Source: Fistulifera solaris
Lineage: Eukaryota
DNA length: 64,000 bases
Direction of reading: 5' to 3'
Assembly: GCA_030295235.1 (NCBI GenBank)
Contig: AP026145.1
Span: 620,001-684,000, forward strand
The position numbers and the translations under genes were made by a program. The notes beneath the pieces were generated by a model that was not told the origin of the DNA, searched no databases, and saw only the letters and a list, made by a program, of their open reading frames with translations. Positions 58,239 through 64,000 of the stretch are shown one piece after another (the stretch's first letter is position 1; each line of letters begins with the position of its first letter).

Positions 58239-58958
58239 ACGAGTCGTCGTTATTCTCACAAGCAATGATACCATGGTAAGGCTACTCTTGATCACAACTA
58301 CGGTACCTGGTAGTGTTGCATCGGAGAAGACCGACTGCTATTTCCTGCGAGAAACGTCGACCCGAAGTCTACCCGTTATTCCCTATATGTCGAAGCCATT
58401 GATCAGTAAATGCATATCAGTCAAAAATAACTTAAAATATGTTTGTCACCTAACATTCTCTTTCTTTAGGCTGCAAAGACGTCAGGATCGAACCAGTTGT
58501 ATCCTGTATTCTGTCTCTCTATAGCCTTGTCTCTACGTACTACGTTCGTAGTATAAGATAGAACATTCGTGCTCGGGACTGTGCGAAGCGGGATTAAATT
58601 TGCGACTGTACTGTTTTCTCTCCAATTAATGACAGACTGAAAATAACATAATTAGTACCGCTACGATGGATCGTTCTTGATGTCTTGGTGCGCATTTATG
58701 TGAAGAACGTTAGTTGTTCTACACTTTCACCGAGTGAACATGGTTTTTATTGATTACCCTTAGTACTATTTTTATCACACAACAGCCGTTGGTGGGTGTT
58801 TTTTGCTCTCGAGCTGAAAAATTCACACGTTTGTTGCGAGATTCGTTACAGCTTTTGCTCATGATGGGGAAAAAAAAAAAAAATACTGTAATAAACACCG
58901 ATTTCGATCCGCCGAATCGGTTCTTACAAGCTCTTATTGTGAAGCAATCTCCGGTAAC

Positions 58959-61900
58959 ATGGTGATGGCGGCTTCTCTACATACGATTCATCCCGCCGAA
59001 TTGATTGCTTTAGGAGGGATGGATGGCAAAGAAAACAATAGGAAGGACGATGGTGTCATTTACAAAGACATGCCCACACCGAAAGGTCCCATCTTTCACC
59101 CCGATTTCATGTTCTGCGGTGCATGTACGGAATGCGGTCCTGCGGATACGAGCACACCTGCTACAATTCTCTCCAATCATCAAATGGAGAAATCCGGAGA
59201 CGAACGTCTGCGGACCCAACTGCTCTTGCAGCATCATTGGAAGTCGCCTCATCATCAACAGGTGATCGAGTCTTTACTCAAACCTATTAGTGGTGTCTTT
59301 TTGGTAGAAGTCAACTTGAATGATGCTTCGGTGGGGGCTGGGGACGGCAAAAGGTCCACAGTGACCGTTTCGCACGATGCATTGACACGAGATTCCGAAC
59401 TCTTGCGGGTGTTGCAACAAGGAGGATACCCTGCTTCGATTGTTTCCAGTTCGTACGAGTCAACGGCGGGTCCTGTTTTAGAGGGAGATGAGTTCATGGG
59501 TCGAGACGAACCGGCTCCAGCATCTACCGAAAAGGCGGTTCGTAGTTGTTTCTTCGTTCAAGGAATCTGCTGCGCCTCGGAACTGCCCTCGATCCGCAAA
59601 ATTGTCACACCCATGCCGGGTGTGAGTTCGTTGAACATTAACATTACCACTCGCCGTGTTTACGTTCAGCATGATTGTACGATTCTGAAAGCATCGGAGA
59701 TTGCCGACCGTCTCACACATTCGGGCTTCAAGGCGCAGACGTTGCAAGATGGCGGTCGCACGCACGAGACACCCCTCACCAGCTCAGTGGGTCGATCCAC
59801 CTTGCAATCCTATTCGGTCTTGCATCCGCAGGATGTTCCGAAGATCCAGAAAGCGCTCATTCTTCCGGGTATCAAGCGCGTCGGCGTGAACATTGCTGAC
59901 TCGGCCGTATTCATTGAGCACGATGTCACGACGATCACGGCGGTGGAAATTCAGCAACAATTGGCGTCCAATAAAATCACGCAACACTACCAATTCTCCC
60001 TTTCGCAAGACGCTCAAGTGCTGCTGGCACAGAAACGCGACATGCTCTTGCAACAACCGCGGTCGTTGATGGTCGAGTCGACGCTGGGCGTCATCAATCT
60101 CACCAAACGGCACGTCCCAATCGTCATGAAAGCTATTCAACAGAACTACATTCGCGCACAAATTCGGTCCGTTCACCCGCATGTGGTGAGTCACACCATT
60201 AAAGTGGAACACAACCCGGACAAAGTGGAGGCTCGGCAAATATCGGATTTGCTGCGCCGTTACGGGCTCGAATCCGTCGTCATTACCGATGGTGGTATCG
60301 AGAAACACTTTTACCACTCCGGTCGGGGAATAGTCCGGAGCAGGAAGAGGAAGAAGAAGCTGCCAAGAGGGCAATGGAAGAATGGCAAGCGGACACCATG
60401 CAACTGAACGTCGTTTTATCCGGAATCTTTTGGGTTGTGGCTCTATTGTCCGCAGTTGAGGGTTGGCGAAAGTTAGAGTATGCTGGTTTGCTGTCGGTAT
60501 TCTTTGGGCTACCTCCGGTCGCCTTGAAAGCGTTGCGAACACTTCAGCGGTTCGAGTTTGATGCAAACTGTATGATGGTTGTGGCTGCCATTGGAGCGCT
60601 ACTTCTTGGCGAATTGGACGAGGCTGCATCTGTTTCATTTTTGTTCTGCATTTCCGAGTTTTTGGAGGCCCGGGCAACTCAGCGTGCCCGAAAAGCGCTA
60701 GCAGAAATTTGTGAATTACGTCCGGAGTATGCGAATATGTTGACTGGAGAAAACGAAGTTGTCGTCGTGCCGGCGGACCAGATTCCCGTGGGCAGTTTGA
60801 TTTCAGTCAGAACCGGAGATAAAATTGCGGCGGACGGTATTGTTGTGGAGGGAACAACACTTGTTGATGAATCGTCCTTGACAGGAGAATCCGTTCCCGC
60901 TCGAAAAGCTTTGAATGACACTGTGTCGGGAGGATCCATAAACATTGGAGATTCCCGACTGATTGTTCGCACGACGAGCACTGTTGAAGATTCCACTGTA
61001 TCTCGCCTCATTCGGCTTGTTGAGGAAGCCCAAGCAAATCGTTCTCCAACGGAGAAATTAATTGACAGCTTCGCTCGCAAATATACACCAATTGTTTTGT
61101 TTGCGGCGCTTTTGATGGCGACGCTACCGTGGATTCTTGGTGGGGATGGAAAAGCTTGGACGATGAATGCTTTGATTATTGTTGTTATCGCTTGTCCATG
61201 TGCACTGACAATCAGTACACCAGTAACCTACGCAGCTGGATTGGCCGCAGCAGCTCAACGAGGTATTGTAGTGAAAGGTGGAGCCAGCTTAGAAGCTCTT
61301 GGAAAAGTTAAAAAAGTGGTTTTAGATAAGACGGGAACTCTCACGGAAGGAAAGTTCATGGTATTGCACCTTGATCACATTAATGACACGGAGTATACAC
61401 GGCAGGAGATGTTAGAACTTTTGGCATTGATGGAAGGGCCATCAAGTCACCCTTTGTCTGCAACCTTAGTCAAAGCGGCCAAAAACGAAGGCATAAAAGT
61501 TCCTGAAAACGTAAAAGTTGAAGACCATTCTATATTAAAAGGGGAAGGGGTCACTGCACTCGTCGATGGTGTGCGGACATTTGTTGGGAATCGCCGATTG
61601 TTCGAAAGAATCGGCATGTATGACGACCTCGGTGATGCTTACAAATACAGGGCCGAAGAGTGGAGTACGGAAGGGGGGACTGTTGGATTTGTGGGGGTCG
61701 ACGGAGTTGGAATCATTGGTAGCTTTTGTATGAGTGATTCAATTCGACCAGAAGCTCGAAAAACGGTGCAAGCGTTACGTGGACGTGGTATTGAGGTATT
61801 GATGCTCACTGGAGACAGTGAGGGAGCTGCTATTTCTGTAGCCGACCAGGTCGGTATACCACGCAATCTGGTGCACAGCCAACTTCTTCCTGAAGATAAG

Positions 61901-62496
61901 CTTCACTTTATCAGCAGCATTAAGCACCCAGGAAGCTCTAGGTCATTCCTCTCAGGAAGCCCGAAAGTGATGTTTTGCGGCGATGGAGGTAAGTTGATTA
62001 TGCCGAATTGTACATGAGTTCACGCTGATGTTATTCATCTAGAGTTGTTTACTAATTTTTGCGATCACAATGATTAGTCAATGATGGGCCTGCTATTTCT
62101 GTTGCTGATGTCGGCGTAAGCATGGGCGAAGGTGCTGCGCTGGCAATGGAAATGAGCGACATAACACTTATGGATTCGAACCTTGATAAGCTAACTTACA
62201 TCATCGAGCTGGGTAGGAAGGTAATGATTACCATCCGCGAAAACATCCTTCTGAGTCTGGCATGCAAAATCGTGGTGGTTAGTCTTACGTTTCTAGGAAA
62301 GATGACACTTCTTTACGCCATCGCTTCTGATGTTGGTGTAATGCTTATAGTCACTTTAAACGGCATGAAAGTATTACCAAGCCTGGGGTCGACGGCAGAG
62401 ACGAAGTACAGCGAACTGAGTGATGACAGTGCTAATTCATCGGATAAACTAACCATGGGACCATCGATGAAACTCAATAACGCGGAAATCGTATAG
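58959..62496 (+). CDS. Heavy-metal P1B-type ATPase, Zn/Cd (P1B-2, HMA2/4-like)
   Basis: GICCASE metal-binding domain, SLTGES, IACPCAL, DKTGTLT, SSHPL, GDGVNDGPA (intron 61989-62077), TM Lys and SDVG; frameshift near 60310. Confidence 0.93.
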
Positions 62497-62564
62497 ACAT
62501 AGTTTAAACAATTTAACTAATGTACATAGGTGCAAATACCGGCTCCTCGTTTACTCCACGTGTG

Positions 62565-64000
62565 TTAATCTAAAAAACGATTCGGTGAAAGGATACTGCG
62601 TTGGATCTTTGAGCCATCTGGAAATTCAAAGTACATCGCAGGGATGTCTTGTCCTCCATTAATATAATCCGCAATTGCTTGAGCCACACACTCACCCGTC
62701 GCCAATCCTAATGTCCATCCCAGTGTCCCATGCCCTCCATGAACAAAGAGACCAGGCTGAATTTCGCCGGCTAATGGCATGTCATCGGGGCTCATTGGTC
62801 GAAAGCATGGCAACGCTTCTTTGATTGTTGCATTGGTCGCGTCAGGAAACAGGACTTGGCTATATCGAGTAAGGATCTTTGGACCAAGCGAAGGCACATC
62901 ACCAGCCTTTTCCGGGTACCCAACAAACTCTCCAAATCCAGCCATGCGAGTGGAAGTGGGACTGATAGAGGAACAATATATGGAATCAACGGAAAATGGC
63001 CTGTTCATTTGTATCTTCGTCGCCTCGTTCGCCGGTGGTTCAAAGCTTAGCGTGAAAGAATGACCACGCAATGGATAGATGGGCACGCAGTCGCCGAGGC
63101 CCATACACGCAGCAAGCAAGGCGTTGCGGATGCCGGCAGCTAAAACGACGACATCAAAATCGTCACTGGACCCGTCCTCAAAAGTTATTCTGTATTTCGG
63201 TTTCGATCCATCCAAAGCTGTGACCCCCTTTACAGTGGCATTGCGAAACAGGACACCGGTTTTCCCACATTTACTGACCAGATCTTTTACAAAGGCTCCG
63301 CAATTAGCAATTATATCATTTGTTCGATGAACGGTGAACAGTGGCTGCATAGGTAGCCGGCCTAATCGTGGTTCAAGTTGAATTGTTCTTTCCCATGAAA
63401 TCATTTCCGCACTTTCTCCAAATTCATGAACCTCGTCAAGAGCCTGCTTTGCAGAGTCGGCGGTACGATGTAGCGACAAAAATCCTCTCGAAAACGATGA
63501 AGAATTTTGCGAGTATCGGAGAAAAAGGTTACGATTGGCGGCAGCCAACGCAACCAGTTGTTTCCCACGCTCGTGCGCATCATTTCTCAAAAGCGATGCG
63601 CGTAGATAGTGCTTCATAAATGTGATGAAACTCCACCGCTCCGCCGATGATGCCGTGGGTCCTATGCACTTCCAAAGATGCAAGGCAAAATAGGGCGGCG
63701 CTATTGCGAATTGCTCGCTCCGAATGGTCTTTTGTGTCGAGCTTGGCCAAAGTGATTGGAGTTGTTCACGTTTCAGTTCGTAGAACTCTACCAATGTATC
63801 ACGCAGTACCTTCCAAAGAGCCGACTTTTCGGAAAATACATGCATGGCGGCCGCAGGGACCAAGGAATTGGCATTTCTAGCCGTGGCGGCCTTCCACTGA
63901 TTGGTGACCGGGTTGTTCAAATTGTTCGAGCACGCGTAGGGATCGCCTTCAATGACCACAATTTCGCATTTTTCCTGCAGGTCTTTTTCGACCAAGGCAT
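62565..64000 (-). CDS. FAD-dependent D-amino acid dehydrogenase/oxidase (DAO/DadA-like); 5' end outside the window
   Basis: ATARNA, DVVVLAAG, IYPLRGHS, CFRPMSPDDMPLAG, GHGTLGWTLG. Confidence 0.85.
   Translation of the reverse strand, partial: ALVEKDLQEKCEIVVIEGDPYACSNNLNNPVTNQWKAATARNANSLVPAAAMHVFSEKSALWKVLRDTLVEFYELKREQLQSLWPSSTQKTIRSEQFAIAPPYFALHLWKCIGPTASSAERWSFITFMKHYLRASLLRNDAHERGKQLVALAAANRNLFLRYSQNSSSFSRGFLSLHRTADSAKQALDEVHEFGESAEMISWERTIQLEPRLGRLPMQPLFTVHRTNDIIANCGAFVKDLVSKCGKTGVLFRNATVKGVTALDGSKPKYRITFEDGSSDDFDVVVLAAGIRNALLAACMGLGDCVPIYPLRGHSFTLSFEPPANEATKIQMNRPFSVDSIYCSSISPTSTRMAGFGEFVGYPEKAGDVPSLGPKILTRYSQVLFPDATNATIKEALPCFRPMSPDDMPLAGEIQPGLFVHGGHGTLGWTLGLATGECVAQAIADYINGGQDIPAMYFEFPDGSKIQRSILSPNRFLD

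Noticed and set aside
59784..60677. Long antisense ORFs (also 21325-21906, 36539-37135, 11165-11776)
   Set aside because: Shadows of real genes on the opposite strand; no recognisable motifs
1..64000. tRNA/rRNA genes
   Set aside because: None recognised by eye; a tRNAscan-SE/Infernal run is needed to exclude them

Overview
Gene-dense eukaryotic nuclear DNA, almost certainly from a pennate diatom. Evidence: short GT-AG introns, bipartite plastid presequences with ASAF-like cleavage motifs, and a fragment at 39.5-40.0 kb resembling a gene family I recall as expanded in Fistulifera (the genus is inferred). About 33 protein-coding loci are supported, including extended synaptotagmin, mTERF, UFL1-like, cullin-1, XRN2, a Na+/H+ exchanger, carnitine acetyltransferase, a TUTase, EF-hand IDH, class 1A DHODH, SufA/IscA, a JmjC demethylase and a P1B ATPase. 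Many genes carry single-base frameshifts in homopolymer runs, most likely sequencing/assembly indels. The most unusual non-coding structures are: (1) a ~1.4 kb higher-order tandem array (16.39-17.76 kb) of ~206-bp units, each four ~51-bp monomers headed by a CCAGAAnTTCTGG-type palindrome; (2) a dispersed intergenic hairpin element (TCATGACTGAAATGCAGTCGTG...CACTTTGAGTCTATAGTA) seen ~12 times, mostly upstream of and co-oriented with genes, twice as a 210-bp-spaced doublet; (3) a tandem duplication of a GT8 xylosyltransferase + PPR gene pair whose junction holds a 163-bp inverted repeat, apparently made by copying one gene's upstream region into its neighbour's promoter. Notable proteins: a tail-anchored class 1A DHODH, a stand-alone FtsH-lumenal-domain-like Tat substrate, and a putatively dual-targeted carnitine acetyltransferase. 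All homology calls come from motif recognition only; no searches were run.
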